Part shown: piece by piece, positions 25,542 through 40,833 of the stretch
Layout: every line of letters begins with the position of its first letter
Numbering within the stretch: the first letter of the stretch is position 1
Assembly (NCBI RefSeq): GCF_006345805.1
Contig: NC_043010.1
Location: forward strand, 9,858,001 to 9,922,000
DNA length: 64,000 nucleotides
Reading direction: 5' to 3'
Source: Octopus sinensis
Taxonomy: Eukaryota
Translations under genes and position numbers: made by a program
The notes under the pieces: generated by a model
Told to the model about the DNA's origin: nothing
Databases searched by the model: none
What the model saw: only the letters and a program-made list of their open reading frames with translations

Positions 25542-26075
25542 AAGGCGGCGAGCTGGCAGAAACGTTAGCGTGCCAGGCAAAATGCTTAGCGGTATTTCGT
25601 CTGTTGTTACGTTCTGAGTTCAAATTCCACTGAGGTCGACTTTGTCTTTCATTCTCTCGGGGTCAATAAATAAAGTACCAGTTTCGCACTGGGTCGATGT
25701 GATCGACTTAATACCTATGTCTGTCCTTGTTTGTCCCCTCTGTGTTTAGCCCCTTGTGGGTAATAAAGAAATAGGTATTTCATCTGTCGTTACGTTCTGA
25801 GTTCAAATTCTGCCGAGGTTGACTTTGTCTTTTATTCTCTCAGGGTCGATAAATAAAGTACCAGTTTTGCACTGGGTCGATGTAATCGACTTAATCCCTT
25901 TGTCTGTCCTTATTTGTCCCCTCTATGTTCTGAGTTCAAGTTCCGCTGAGGTTGACTTTGCCTTTCATCCTGTCGGGGTCGATAAATAAAGTACCAGTTT
26001 CGCACTGGGTCGATGTAATCGACTTAATACCTATGTCTGTCCTTGTTTGTCCCCTCTGTGTTTAGCCCCTTGTGG
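25542..26075 (+). mobile_element. Tandem SINE B array (three or more units) running into an assembly gap
   Basis: One full unit, then headless units. Confidence 0.9.
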
Positions 26076-26175
26076 NNNNNNNNNNNNNNNNNNNNNNNNN
26101 NNNNNNNNNNNNNNNNNNNNNNNNNNNNNNNNNNNNNNNNNNNNNNNNNNNNNNNNNNNNNNNNNNNNNNNNNNN
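26076..26175. other. Assembly gap (100 N)
   Basis: Run of N; true size unknown. Confidence 1.
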
Positions 26176-26234
26176 CTCTCTTATGTTATTTTAGTCATTG
26201 TATGTCAACTGGTAGTACTAATCAGTGGTATATT

Positions 26235-26468
26235 AAGGTGGCAAGCTGGCAGAATCGTTAGCAGGCCGAAATGTGTAGCCGTATTTAATCTGCCGTTATG
26301 TTCTGAGTTCAAACTCCGCGGAGGTCGACTTTGCCTTTTATCCTTTCGGGGTTAATAAATTAAGTACCAGTTATGCACTGGGGTCGATGTAATCGACTTG
26401 ATACCTATGTCTATCCTTTTTGTCCCTTCTGTGTTTGGCTCCTTGTGGGTAGTAAAGAAATAGGTATT
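26235..26468 (+). mobile_element. SINE family B
   Basis: Family B consensus. Confidence 0.9.
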
Positions 26469-26497
26469 GCTAGAGTCCAAGAAAATTTTTGTAGCAA

Positions 26498-26890
26498 GGC
26501 ACAGGAGTGGCTGTGTGGTAAGTAGCTTGTTTACCAACCACATGGTTCCGGGTTCAGTCCCACTGCGTGGCACCTTGGGCAAGTGTCTTCTACTATAGCC
26601 CCGGGCCGACCAAAGCCTTGTGAGTGGATTTGGTAGACGGAAACTGAAAAGAAGCCCGTCGTATATAAGTATATATATATATGCGTGTGTGTGTTTGTGC
26701 CCCTAGCATTGCTTGACCACCGATGCTGGTGTGTTTATGTCCCCGTTACTTAGCGGTTCGGCAAAAGAGACTGATAGAATAAGTACTGGGCTTACAAAAG
26801 AATAAGTCCCGGGGTTGAGTTGCTCGATTAAAGGCGGTGCTCCAGCATGGCCGCAGTCAAATGACTGAAACAAGTAAAAGAGTAAAAGAG
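26498..26890 (+). mobile_element. SINE family A, full length
   Basis: Family A consensus. Confidence 0.9.
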
Positions 26891-26895
26891 AGTAA

Positions 26896-27477
26896 GTGTG
26901 TTATGTGACAAAAATTTTGAACTCAAGACTCCATCACATTTTGAAGTGCTGCCATCGGAAAAGTTGCATTCCAAGAAGATTGAGACCAAAGAAGTGGAAT
27001 TTTGAGAACCAATACTTTGCAAGGTGTGTACAAGATGGACACTTTCTAATAAAGACTGTTTCGATTGATGAAGCTACATTTAGTTACATGACTCGGCATC
27101 AGGAAGGACATTGAGCTGTAGAAACCAAGCTAAAACAGGCCATGGAACCTGCTGTCCACTCCTGAACTTTCCAGCTGCGGCCAAACCGTCCAACCCATGC
27201 CAACATAGGAGACTTGAAAACGGATGTTAAATGATGATGATGATGGTGATGGTGATGATGGTGGTGAAGATGATGATGATGGTGGTGATGATGGTGGTGG
27301 TGGTGGTGATGATGATGGTGATGATGATGATGATGGTGATGGTGGTGATGATGGTGATGATGATGATGAGGATGATGATGATGAGGATGATGATGATGAT
27401 GATGATGATGATGTTGATGATGATGATGACGATGACGATGATGATGGTGATGGTGGTGATGATGATGGTGATGATGG

Positions 27478-27511
<34 letters not shown>

Positions 27512-27960
27512 TCAACCACCACAATAGCACCAACTGGGGAAGTAAGAACCCACATACCATGTTAATTTATCAGTTGTTATAGATAAGTTGTGACTTATCG
27601 CCAGAAGGATTAATTGGGCCGTTGCTTTTCGATGGTACAATGACAGATTCCATTTACTGGAAATTGCTCTGCCAATCTGTTGTGCCAAGCATTCAAGAGG
27701 ACTTTGAAGATGTGAAGTTTTATTTTCAGCAAGATGAGGCAGTCTCATACAACTGTTCTACAGTAAGGGCCTCTCTTGATCAGATTTTGGCAATCAGGTG
27801 AATTGAACTGAGGTTCAATGGAATATGCTTATTGTTCATCAGGCCAAGCACCAAAAACATTTTTTTTATGGAGATACTTAAAAGGTAAAGTTTGTTATAC
27901 AAAACTGACAATGGACAACAAACTGAGGGTAGTCATTGAATGAGAAAGAACACAAATACC
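26896..27960 (+). pseudogene. Tc1/mariner-type transposase pseudogene, split by a family E insertion
   Basis: First half ..HFLIKTVSIDEATF (WSDEATF-like); second half INHHN..W...[33 protein letters not shown]. Confidence 0.8.
27112..27510 (+). mobile_element. Family E 3' end with tail expanded to ~280 bp of (GAT/GGT)n
   Basis: ..ccgtccaacccatgcc..gatgttaaatgatgatg, followed by the long repeat. Confidence 0.85.
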
Positions 27961-28339
27961 AAATGTGATTCTAGTGTCACAAAACACCCAACAAGAACTC
28001 ACTACTTGAACAAAACTTGACTTAAACAAAACTTCCCTTAAACAGGATACGAATAATCCTATCAGGTGGTGCTATTAAGTTAGACATAGCCTGGACCAAT
28101 CTTTGGTCGAAACATATCTAAGTTTATCTAAGTACTTATTAGAGTTTGTAATGCGGTTGGTCTTATGAAAGGCATCCAACTGTAGAAGCCATGCCAAAGC
28201 AAATGATGAAGCTTGAATAAGTCTTTTGATTTGTTGGACTCTGTCAATTCATCGAGCGCATGTCCGCAAGGAAGACACATATTAAGTGATGTTGATGATG
28301 ATGATGATGGTGAGGAGGAGGATGAGCATGACACATATG

Positions 28340-28349
28340 CATATATATA

Positions 28350-28385
<36 letters not shown>

Positions 28386-28500
28386 CATATATATGCATGT
28401 ATATATATATCACACCCACATATAAATATATATTATATAATATATATATATCATTAATATAAATATATATTATTATTTATATATATATATATATATTATA

Positions 28501-28552
<52 letters not shown>

Positions 28553-29258
28553 CTGTAAGTATACATATACATATAGGTATACATATTTGTATATGTTTGT
28601 GTATATATATATGTACAGAGATACAGATAAATAGAGAGATATGTATATATGTATATAGATATATATATGTATACATGTATATAGATATATGTATGTATAT
28701 ATATATCAATATAAATATGAATATATATAGGTATATACATGTATGCGTGTATGCATGTGTATGTATGTGCGTGTGTGTGTGAAAGGAGGCTTCTACCTAA
28801 ATTCTATCTACCAAATACCTTTCATATTTTACTTGGTCAACTCGGGGTTATAGTAGTAGACACTTGGTACAGTGTGCTGCACGGCGGCATCGTACCACAT
28901 AACACGTGATTTCAAAGTAAACTTGCTCACCACACAGCCATGCAGTCACATGCTCGTGTTTGTGTGTCGATGCGTGTGCGCGTACGCATGTGTGTGAGTC
29001 TGTGTTTGCGAGTGTGTGAGTGAGTGCGTATGCGCACGAGTGCACGCGCACGCAAGTACAATCACGTGCTTGTGTTTGCGTGTATATGTGAGCGTATGTA
29101 TATATATGTATATATATATTTGTGTGAGTGTACATGTTTGTGTGTGTATATTATATACATACATATATATATATTTTATATATACGCATATATAATATAT
29201 ATACATATATTTATATACACGTATATATAATCTATATATATATTGTATATACATATAT

Positions 29259-29292
<34 letters not shown>

Positions 29293-29380
29293 CAATATAT
29301 ATACATATGCATATATATTTATATATATATATACATATACATACATATATATATGTATATGTATATATCTCTCTCTCTAT
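28340..29380. repeat. (TA)n/(TG)n tracts with a degenerate SINE A 5' half (28785-28945)
   Basis: Directly visible. Confidence 0.85.
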
Positions 29381-29694
29381 ATAATTTATCTCTTATCTGT
29401 TATTTTTTAGTTCTTTCGGTTCTTCTTGAGCTACAGCCATTCTGGAGCACTACCTTGAAAGGTTTAATTGAGCAAACTGATTTTAAACCTGGTGTTTACT
29501 CTGTTAGTCGCTTTTGTGTAAATTCTAAATTTACAGAGACATAAACAAACTAACTTCGGTCATCATACATTAGTTGAGGAGAAACACCAAAACAAACACA
29601 CATACACATTGATATATATATATATAAGTACATACATATATATATATATATTATATAGATAGATAAGTACATACACATATATATATATATAGTT

Positions 29695-29895
29695 AATCCA
29701 AACAAGAAAGCACAAAAAAACACAACAACATGAGGACGTGGAACAAATATAGTATTATTGGACGCTCAGGAAGGAAGGAAAGAAGGAGGGTTTAACGTTT
29801 CGAGTGGAGCTCTTCGTCGGAAACATAGAGAAGGAAAGATCCAGAGAAGGGAAGACAGAGGAAAAATAAAATCGCCAACGGTACAACGCGGTCAT
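29695..29895 (-). mobile_element. Hammerhead-bearing short repeat, copy 2
   Basis: Homologous to 22015-22210. Confidence 0.75.
29790..29824 (-). ncRNA. Minimal type I hammerhead-like motif (CCGACGA core)
   Basis: GTTT-CCGACGA-A-GAG-CTCCA-CTC-GAAA-CG-TT-AAAC; palindromic stem III, GUU site. Confidence 0.6.
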
Positions 29896-30137
29896 ATATA
29901 TATATTATATATAATATATATTATAATATTATTTCTGTGTGGTGTGTGTGTGTACTTATATATATACAAACATACCAACAAGCTTGTTTCAGTTTCTGTC
30001 TACAAAATCCATGCTTAAGGGTTTGGTTGGGTTGGGGGTAATAGTGTAAGGTATTTCAACAAGGTATTCCACAGTAAGAGGAAACCTGGGACCATGTGGT
30101 TGAGAAGCAATCTTCATACCCATACCACACAGCCATG

Positions 30138-30139
<2 letters not shown>

Positions 30140-30190
<51 letters not shown>

Positions 30191-31019
30191 CAGACACACA
30201 CTTATGTATATATATATACATATACAACACACCACACACATATATATTATACATATGTATATATATAAATATAATATATATATATACATACATATATACA
30301 TATATATATACAGGCATATATATATGCATATATTATATATATGCGTGTATATATATACATGTGTAAAAGTATATACATACATAGATACATATTCACATGC
30401 ATATGTATGCATGCACACTCACATAGACACACATATAGACACACTCACACACATATGTATGTATTACATGTGGAGGAAAATGTATTGAACTGCAATGAAA
30501 ATAAAACCCATTTAATACGGCAATGCACACACACATACACACACACTCACACACACACATGGATGTACACAAGCATAAGTATAGATGCAGGAATAATATG
30601 AACCTTCGTAAGAATCACATTCATAATTCTTTAAATATGAAATTATTGATAATTTTTCTAACATATTTCTGTGCAGTGTTTTTTTTTCTAAAGGCAGTTA
30701 GCGTTTTCACAGAAATAGTTTCCCTTGTAACCTCCCTTGATTTAATAGATCATCTTCTCTGACAGGTTTTTGATACTCCACCACCACCATCACCACCACC
30801 ATCACCACCACGACCACCACCACTACCATCTTCAATGACAACAGCAGCAGCAGCAGCAACAACAATAACAGAGGCAGCAAGGAAAACCCGAGAAAATATA
30901 AAAAAAATTTAATTGAATGAGGCTTTTATTTATGGATTCGTTGTCTCAAGTATACACATTTTTATAGACACTTTTACTTACATACAATAGATATATACAT
31001 ACATACATACATACATACA

Positions 31020-31052
<33 letters not shown>

Positions 31053-31720
31053 GTATGTATGTATTTATATATATATTTTTATATATATTATATTTATATA
31101 TATATATATACATATGTATTTATGTATATATATGTTTATATATATTTATATATATATACATATGTATTTATGTATATATGTTTGTATATATATTTATATA
31201 TATATATATATTTATGTATATATATATATATATAATATATATATATAGATATTATATATATACATATGTCTATGCAAATATATGCACTCACACACGTTTA
31301 ATTAAATAATACATCCATGCACTTATACAGGTGCATATCCTAAGTCGCAAACGCATGCATATCTTTATATGCATGCAACCACACACACACACACACACAT
31401 GAATGCATTGATAGAAATGTAGCCTTATGTGTGTGTGTGTGTGGAGAGGGGTATACACACATGTATATTCAGAAAACATATGTATATACATACATACATA
31501 CATACATACCAACAGACATATACATACACATATGTTTAATTTAAGTAATGCATGCACACACCCACACACACACACACACCCATTCAAACGCATACTTGCA
31601 GGTATGTGTTCAAATGTACAACAGATGCATATCTAGCATACATATACACACTCACACATGCACACACAAACACACACACACACACATGCACGCATGCACA
31701 CTCACATGCATATCCACACA
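30140..31720. repeat. Series of (TA)n, (TACA)n and (CA)n microsatellites
   Basis: Directly visible. Confidence 0.9.
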
Positions 31721-32379
31721 TACGCACACGTACGGGGGGAACCAACTGTGTATATACTGATTCGCAATTGATAAAAGTAAAGGTTTTTCAAATTTATTCA
31801 GATATATGTAGGTCAAGTACTTGTTAAAAAGGAATTCTGATTGAGCAAGAGGCTCTTTGCTCTCCTATAGTCCAGACTGGTTCATAGGGGTACTTCAAAA
31901 GACTATCTCTCCCTGCTCCCTTTTTGGTCCTCTCTCTCCCCCTTTCTTGTTCACTCTTTCACTTCACTCTCTCACACACTTTTTCTCTCACTCTCCCTTT
32001 CACTCGCTCCAGCTCTGTCTCTTCACACAAGCAATAAGGTGAAAAGTACAAAGGAGTGTCTGCTGCTTCAACCAGTAGTGTTTCTTCAAAAGCCTACTAT
32101 AGGGAAACGTTAACGTCTCTCCCTCTCTCCCTCTCTCTCTCTCTCCCTCTTTCTCTCCCTCGCTCTCTCTCTCTCTTAGGCAGCAGCATTTGATGGGAAA
32201 AGGAACTGAGGAATCTGTGTGCCATACAATGGGTGCAGTACAGTGCAATGTGGCTGCAACACCATGTGTACAGATCAACTACATATTCTCCCTCGAAACT
32301 GCTTGCATCATAGTCATGCAGGCATGCATGTATTTTTAAAACATTGTATATAAATATAAATGCAACTCCACATACCTAC

Positions 32380-32767
32380 ATATGTGTGTGTGTGTGTGTG
32401 TTGTGTGTGTGTGTGTGTATGTGTGTGTAATTATTTTTTTTTTTAAATGGGATTAAAGAAAGAATGTGTGTTGTATTTATAGACTCCAAAATAACAAAAT
32501 TATATTTAAACATTGCATAGGTGCAGAAATGGTTTCACACATGTGACATTTATACATGCACACACATGCACACTCTATATATATATGCATATATATATAT
32601 ATACATATATAACACACACACATATATATGTACATATTGGTATATATATATATATATGTACATATGTATGTGTATATATATATATGTATATATACACACA
32701 CATATATATGCATAAATACAGATATATATATATATATGCATATATATGTGTTGTATATATTTTATAC

Positions 32768-32804
<37 letters not shown>

Positions 32805-32857
32805 AATATATATACATAAACATATACATATAAATGCATATATGCTATATATATATG

Positions 32858-32902
<45 letters not shown>

Positions 32903-33075
32903 CATGCATATATGTGTGTATAAAAATGCTTATAAGCCGAATAAACGAATGTGTATCATAATTGACAGAAGTCAGGAATGAGTGATTGATAAGAAGGAAA
33001 ATCAAAGTGTGGGAAAGGAGAAAGAAGGAAACGAACGAATGAATGAATGAATGAATGAATGAATGAATGAATGAA
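32380..33075. repeat. (TG)n, (TA)n and (GAAT)n microsatellites
   Basis: Directly visible. Confidence 0.9.
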
Positions 33076-33296
33076 AAGTTGAAAGAATGAATGAAATGAA
33101 TGATACCTGATAGGGGTACATTTTGGCTTTTATTCCTTATTTCTTGCTATCGTAAGAGCTGAAACTGAAGATTGTACTGCTACTTGATTCTTTTAGAAGA
33201 CTCCAGATTATTTTTTCTTCAAAATAGCAAAAACCCGTTGGAGAAGACAAAATATTATAGTTTTAAGGGTCTTTAAATTTTTCGATATTGCTTCAC

Positions 33297-33425
33297 GACC
33301 GATAGAATAAGTACTGGGCTTACAAAGAATAAGTCCCGGGGTCGATTTGCTCGACTAAAGGCGGTGCTCCAGCATGGCCGCAGTCAAATGACTGAAACAA
33401 GTAAAAGAGTAAAGAGTAAAGAGTT
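33297..33425 (+). mobile_element. 5'-truncated SINE A
   Basis: Starts at gaccgatagaataag; tail intact. Confidence 0.9.
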
Positions 33426-35123
33426 TATTATGTAGGAAAAGATTTCTTGGGCATGGAATCTAAGGTGACCCCAGCTCTTATAGTTTCTTTATTTTGCTGC
33501 CAAAACCAAATTAGTTTTAATAAAGATCAGCAATGAAATTCTTTAAATATTTTTTTTTTTTGTTTGTGTCTGTAGATATCTATGCAAAAGATATTTTTTT
33601 TGTACAAATCTAGAAAAACGATTACATATACATACATATATATTTATGTCTATAAATATATATATAACCTAAATTAAGTGATATTCAGTCAAAGTAGTTG
33701 AAACAAATATTTTCAATTTAACACAATAACCGTTCTTTTTTTTTTTCTTAATGGGATGCCTGTAATTTTTGATAAGGTTATTATGATATTTCTTTAACGA
33801 GATTATGTATTTAGAAATCATATTTATTATTAAGAGTAAAAATAAATATTTATGTATATTTATATATCATTGCAGGCATTTGATAATAAATGTTTGTGGC
33901 TTTTGGTGCTTAGCCACATGTCGGAACCTATCTTGCAGACAATTTGATTAAAGGCATTCCAGCCATGGCCTTTCTGTTTATTTTTTTTCAGGCATAGTGT
34001 TTATAGCGCATGCTTTAATTCGCGGTATTTTATAATAAAAGATTGAGGTTGTAGTTGTTGTTGGTGTTTCACCTCAACTTGGCTCTGATCAAGAATAGGA
34101 AATGATCAAAGGTATTCCAGCCATGACCATTCCAGTTTCTGCTTTATAGGCATAGTGTACCCCAGATTATTGTATCCAATGTGTCCTCTATCCTTTTTTG
34201 TTTAAGATGGCAGCACGTGAGTTGAGAGGAGTTTGTCTGCTACATCTAGCAGTTGGAACAACCATACCGAAACTCCTTTTGTTTAGTGATCAGTCATAAC
34301 ATTGACTTTAGAGAGTGAAGGGGATAAAAAAAAAAAATGGAAGTTGAGACATATATGGCTTTTCAAAGAGGTACACATGACCTAAGTATGTGTGCGGTGT
34401 GTGTGTAGCAAGGCAGAAATGGCTACTACTGGTAATTGAACGCCAGGAGCTCACATTCTATCAACGGCTTTCGCCATTGGTTACGAAATAGGGCAAATAT
34501 GAATGATAAGTGCATGAAAAAAATGCATGAATCACCATTGATTCTAGTAAAAAAAAAAAAGAAAAAGACAAAAAGACACTCTCAAACTGATGTAAAAACA
34601 AAGAAGAGAAAATAAAACAAGAATTAAAAATTTTTCGAAGAATACAAAGAAAAAAAGCAATGATAGATATTCATTCGATAGTTAAAAACAAAGATTAAAT
34701 CAGTGAAAATAGTTTAATATCTTGGTAGGGCTTTTCTTTTATTTTACATATAAGAATACATCCATTTAAATAGGGGATAATATAATATCAAGAGAAAATG
34801 AGATGGGAACTGACAAGAAAATACATTATAAGCATTTCCAATATATATATATATATATATATATAATACACACACACATATATATATATATATATAAATA
34901 CAAACACACACACATAAATACTCAAACACAGACACACACACATATAAAGAGAATGATACATGTGAATGTATATAATTTATATATGTATATATATATATAT
35001 ATATATATACATATACATGTATATATGTATATCTATATTATATATATATACACACAATATATATATATACATATGTACATATCTATATATATATGCATAT
35101 CTATCTACCTATCTATCTATCTA

Positions 35124-35163
<40 letters not shown>

Positions 35164-35584
35164 ACTTTTACTCTTTTATTTGTTTCAGTCATTTGACTGT
35201 GGCCATGCTGGGGCACCGCGTTTAGAAAGACGTTCCCATACTAATAATAATAATAATAATAATAATACTAATATATATATATATTTTTTTTCTTATTTTT
35301 CTTATTTTATCTAGTTTCAGCTCACGAGCTGTGGCCATGCTGGGGCACCGCCACTATTTGCTAATATATTTTATTGGATCCTTTCCTTTTCATTTTCATA
35401 TTCGTTTTCATATTTATTTTATTCCCATTCACAATTATTTCCGTTCTAAACAAACCATTCCATAGACTTTATCCGTTCACTTCAGTTTGAAGAGGATTTA
35501 TTTGTAACGTCTATTTTGTAAATACAACTCAAAACAGAAAACAACTTATGGTTAGTAAGAGAAATATAATGGAAATAGGGCAGA

Positions 35585-35586
35585 GG

Positions 35587-35682
<96 letters not shown>

Positions 35683-35710
35683 TAATAACAATTACTACTA
35701 CTACTACTAC

Positions 35711-35775
<65 letters not shown>

Positions 35776-35836
35776 TGATAATAATAATAATAAAATATAA
35801 TAATGATAATAACAATACTACTACTACTACTACTAC

Positions 35837-35906
<70 letters not shown>

Positions 35907-35907
35907 G

Positions 35908-35959
<52 letters not shown>

Positions 35960-36187
35960 TGATAACAATAATAATAATAATTCTTTCTACTATAGGCACA
36001 TGGCCTGAAATATTTTTTGTGGGGGGGGGGCGGATTGGGGGCCAGTTGATTAGATCGACCCCAGTATGCAACTGGTACTTAGTTTATCAACCCTGAAAGG
36101 ATGAAAGTTCAAAGTTGACCTCGGTGGAATTTGAATTCAGAACCTAAGGACAGACAAAATATCGCTAAACATTTCACCCGTGCAGAC

Positions 36188-36222
<35 letters not shown>

Positions 36223-36550
36223 TAATAACAAGAACTATCATGAAGATGATGATGATGATGATGATGATGATCTTGATAACAATGGCAACAATGATGATGG
36301 GGATGATAGCAATGATACCAATAATAATAACGATAATAATAACAACAAAAACAACAACATTTATAGAATAATAATAATAACTGCCTGCATCTATGACAAT
36401 GAAGATAGTAATGATGATGGTGATAGTGATGATGGTGATGATAGTAATGATGATGGTGATAGTGATGATGGTGATGATGGTAATGATGATGGTGGTGATG
36501 AGAATGATGTTAATGATGATGACAATGATGATGACAATGATGACGTTGAT
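35585..36550. repeat. (AAT)n/(ACT)n/(GAT)n tracts surrounding a minus-strand SINE B fragment (36050-36183)
   Basis: Directly visible. Confidence 0.9.
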
Positions 36551-37311
36551 GTTATTGTTTAAGCCTGGGTCAACCTTGATCAAGCAGATCTATGATTAAC
36601 GGCAATCCTGCCATGGCAATCCTGAATTATTTTACTTGTTTTTTTTGTTTTTTTTTAATATTACAGAAGCTATATCTAGGACTCTATCATCTAATCCCCA
36701 CACCTTTCCGCCTGTCTTGAAAAGACAGTAGGGCTCGATTTTCGAGGGAGATTCCACCACTGTTTCTGGGATGTGGATCAATCACATACAGGCACAAAAA
36801 TGCTTGGTACATTGATGATTGAGGTAATGATACTGATGATGGTGTCGCTGATGCTGGGGATAATGATGGCAATGGTGGTGGCGGTGGTGGTGATGGCAGT
36901 ATTGCTATTGTTGTTGTTGTTGTTGGTGGTGGGGGCTGTTGTGCCTGTAGTGGTTAGAATAGGGTAGTAGCAGCATAGGTAACGGTAGAGCGCTAGAACA
37001 GTAGAGCAGTGGAGCGGAATCATGTGAAATGTGTCACTATAATCCAGAAGACAAAAACTGTGTCAACCAGCCAATATATTCAGTACATTGCATACATTCA
37101 GGATAAAATATTTGATACATCTTTATCCCTGACTATGTACATATTTTATATTACAGGTATAAACACACAAAGGAATATCCTTCACAATACATACATAGAT
37201 ACATACATAAATACATACATAAATACATACATACATACACATGCACACACATACCTTCTCTCACTCTTTCTCTCCCTCTCTTTCTCATATGCTATTTCTT
37301 ATTATGTCTCC

Positions 37312-37329
<18 letters not shown>

Positions 37330-37378
<49 letters not shown>

Positions 37379-37514
37379 TATTGATTTATCTATCTATCTG
37401 TTTATCCATCTATCTGTCTATCAATATATCTGTCTATCAATCTATCCATTTATCTATCTATCTATCCATCCATCCATCCAACCATCCATCCATCCATCCA
37501 TCCATCCACCTATA

Positions 37515-37570
<56 letters not shown>

Positions 37571-37809
37571 CATCTATCTAACTTAGACCTACAGATCCAT
37601 CTATATGTCAGTCTCCTTACCTGTCTATCTGTCTGTCTATTTATCTTCTTGTCTGCCTGTTTGTCTGTCCGTTGGTCTCTCTGTCTATATAAATATCGGC
37701 TTACCTGTCTATCTATCTATCTGTCTATCTATCTATCTGTCTGTCTATCTGTCTGTCAGTCTGTCTTTCTGTTTGGTTATCTATCCATCCATCTATCATC
37801 TATCTATCT

Positions 37810-37858
<49 letters not shown>

Positions 37859-37942
37859 ATATATATATATATCCATCTATCTGTCTATGTATGTATGAAT
37901 GTATGTATGTATGTATGTATGTATGTATCTATCCATCCATCC

Positions 37943-38022
<80 letters not shown>

Positions 38023-38038
38023 GTCTGTCTACCTATCC

Positions 38039-38089
<51 letters not shown>

Positions 38090-38321
38090 CATCCCTCCAT
38101 CTTTTTTTGGTATCTAGCAATGAAAACAGTCCCCTCCCACTTTCCATCTCATTTCTTCATATCTTTGCAATCATTATCACAAATAAGCTAAACTAGTTAG
38201 AAAATATGGCTTCAAGGATTGGCAAATGAACGTCTTAATTGTAAAGAAATTCTCCATTTTCAATTGGAGACAATTTTATTTATTTGTACATGTATATATA
38301 TATATCTACATATAGACATAA

Positions 38322-38366
<45 letters not shown>

Positions 38367-38640
38367 CGTATATATACATATATATAAATATATATGTATA
38401 TATACGTATATAAATATATATATATATAGGTATGATATATAAAAATATATATAGTGCATATATATATGTGTGTGTATATATATAGATATATATACATATA
38501 CATATATATATATATATATACACAAACACACATATATGCATACATACACACACATGCATACATACATATATATATATATTTATATATATGTATGTATGTA
38601 TGTATATATGTACGCATATATGTATATATCTGTATAATAT
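37330..38640. repeat. (CT)n, (TCTA)n, (TCCA)n and (TA)n microsatellite block
   Basis: Directly visible; explains the YLSI-repeat ORFs. Confidence 0.95.
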
Positions 38641-39274
38641 AATGAATCTAAACAGAAAAAGGATAATAAAATAACACCCCCTAAAAAAGACAAAAACAAA
38701 ATAAAACAACCCTGCCCTACCAACTACCCCCCCCCCCCCCGAAAAAATATCATGATTTCCTGTAACATCAATGGAAGCTATTGTCAAAGAAATTTCAGAT
38801 ATTATCATGTTCGGAATTTTAAGAATTTTCAATTTCTGCGAAAACCAGAGACACACAGAGAGGGAAGGAGAGAGAAAGACAGAAAGAAGATGAGAGAGAG
38901 AAAGAGAAAGAGAGAGAGAGAGAGAGAGAGCTAGCAGAAAAAAAAAAATAATAATAAAGCGTAAAGAACAGAAAAGTGGAAAAAAAACAGAAAGAAAAGA
39001 ATAAGCTATCTTTAATTTAATAATATGAGATGCAAAACTCCAGCTAATGTCTTGACTACTTATGTTTTTAAGAAAACTCATTGAGCTCAGGGTTATCAAT
39101 TCATCATTGCTTAAACCGTGCTGGAATTGTGAGTTTAGCGACTGAACACAGCATTAAAAGAAAAAAATCATCTATTGGTTATGTTTGGTGTATAATAGTT
39201 GGTACTGAATTTTCTTGGAAGAATATATATAAAAAAAAAATTTTTTACTTAATAATTTACTGGATCATATTATA

Positions 39275-39853
39275 TCATCATCATCGTTTAACGTCTGCTT
39301 TCCATGCTAGCATGGGTTGGACGATTTGACTGAGGGCTGGCGAACCAGATGGCTGCACCAATCTCCAATCTGATCTGGCAGAGTTTCTACAGCTGGATGC
39401 CCTTCCTAACGCCAACCACTCCGAGAGTGTAGTGGATTCTTTTACGTGCCACCGGCATGAGGGCCAGCCAGGTGGTACTGGCAGTGGCCATGCTCAATGG
39501 TGCTTTTTATGTGCCTCCTGCACAGGAGACCGTCTGGCGGCACTGGCAACGACATCGTTCGAATGGTGCTTTTCCATGTGCTATCGGCATGGAGGCCAGT
39601 TAGCCACTCTGGCAATGATCACGCTTGTATGGCAGAATCGATAGCGCGCCGGGCGAAATGCTCAGCGGTATTTCGTCTGTCGTTACATTCTGAGTTCAAA
39701 TTCCGCCGAGGTCGACTTTGCTTTTAATCCTTTCAGGGTCGATAAATAAAGTACCAATTTCGCATTGGGGTCGATGTAATCGACTTAATCCGTGTGTCTG
39801 TCCTTGTTTATCCTCTCTGTGTTTATCCCCTTGTGGGTAGTAAAGAAATAGGT
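39275..39853. mobile_element. Family E (minus, 39275-39625) abutting SINE B (plus, 39628-39853)
   Basis: Both consensus sequences are recognisable. Confidence 0.85.
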
Positions 39854-39979
39854 ACTCTTAGTGCTCCATAAGCACAGATGCCAGGTCTTTGCAAGCAATC
39901 TCTCTATCTGTTGATCTATCAATCTACCTATTTGTTTGTCTGTCTGTCAGTCTATCTATCTATCTATCTGTCTCATCAT

Positions 39980-40220
39980 CATCATCATCATCATTTAACG
40001 TCTGTTTTCCATGCTGGCATGGGGTGGATGGTTTTAGAGGAGCTGGCCAACTGAAGAGCTGCCCAGGCAGCATGTCCCTTTTGGCATGGTTTATATAGGT
40101 GGATGCCCTTCCTCATGCCAAACACTTTACAGAATGCACTGGGTGGTGTTATGCAGCACAGGCATGGGTGGATTTTTGTGGTGCCAGTATGGGTGCTTTT
40201 TATGTGACACCACCACCCAC
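39980..40220 (-). mobile_element. Degenerate family E copy
   Basis: tcatcatttaacgtctgttttccatgctggc..ggatgcccttcc. Confidence 0.7.
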
Positions 40221-40406
40221 GAACCCACAAGATTAGGAATGCTCAGCTGGAGAAGGATGCCCAACTGCCAGGAGACTCAGTCCTCTATCATCCCCCTCTG
40301 TTGATTGTGGCCTGTTGGATTGTGAGCCCAATGCTTTACTCAGCCATGTGCCTTCACATATACATATATACACATATACACACTGAAACTAATGCATATA
40401 TGTATA

Positions 40407-40451
<45 letters not shown>

Positions 40452-40492
40452 ATGTGTGTGTGGGTATGTGTATGCATATATATTTATACATA

Positions 40493-40524
<32 letters not shown>

Positions 40525-40531
<7 letters not shown>

Positions 40532-40833
40532 ATCATGTGGCCGACCAGGCCATCAGATGTTGCTACACATCGCTGGTCACAATGCGCTTCAGATTGTTTT
40601 AGCCTTCAAATGACGCCACCCCGCTGGCTAAGCGAGCAGGCCAACAGAAGAAGGAGTGAGAGAAAGTTGTGGTGAAAGAGTACAGCAGGGATCACCACCA
40701 CCCCCTGCTGGAGCCTCGTGGAGCTTTAGGTGTTTTCACTCAATAAACACTCACAGCGCCCGATCTGTGAATCAAAAAACCGCGATCCTGCGACCGCGAG
40801 TCCGCTGCCCTAACCACTGGGCCATTGCGCCGC

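Noticed and set aside
26043-26355. ORFs spanning the N run
   Set aside because: Artefacts of the assembly gap.
27099-27565. Poly-His, poly-Asp and poly-Met ORFs (also the poly-N/I/L, YI and YLSI ORFs elsewhere)
   Set aside because: Trinucleotide, dinucleotide or tetranucleotide microsatellites; no splice or codon evidence.
32180-32340. Possible plus-strand exon after (CT)n-TTAG
   Set aside because: The polypyrimidine tract is a microsatellite; no good donor and no recognisable peptide.
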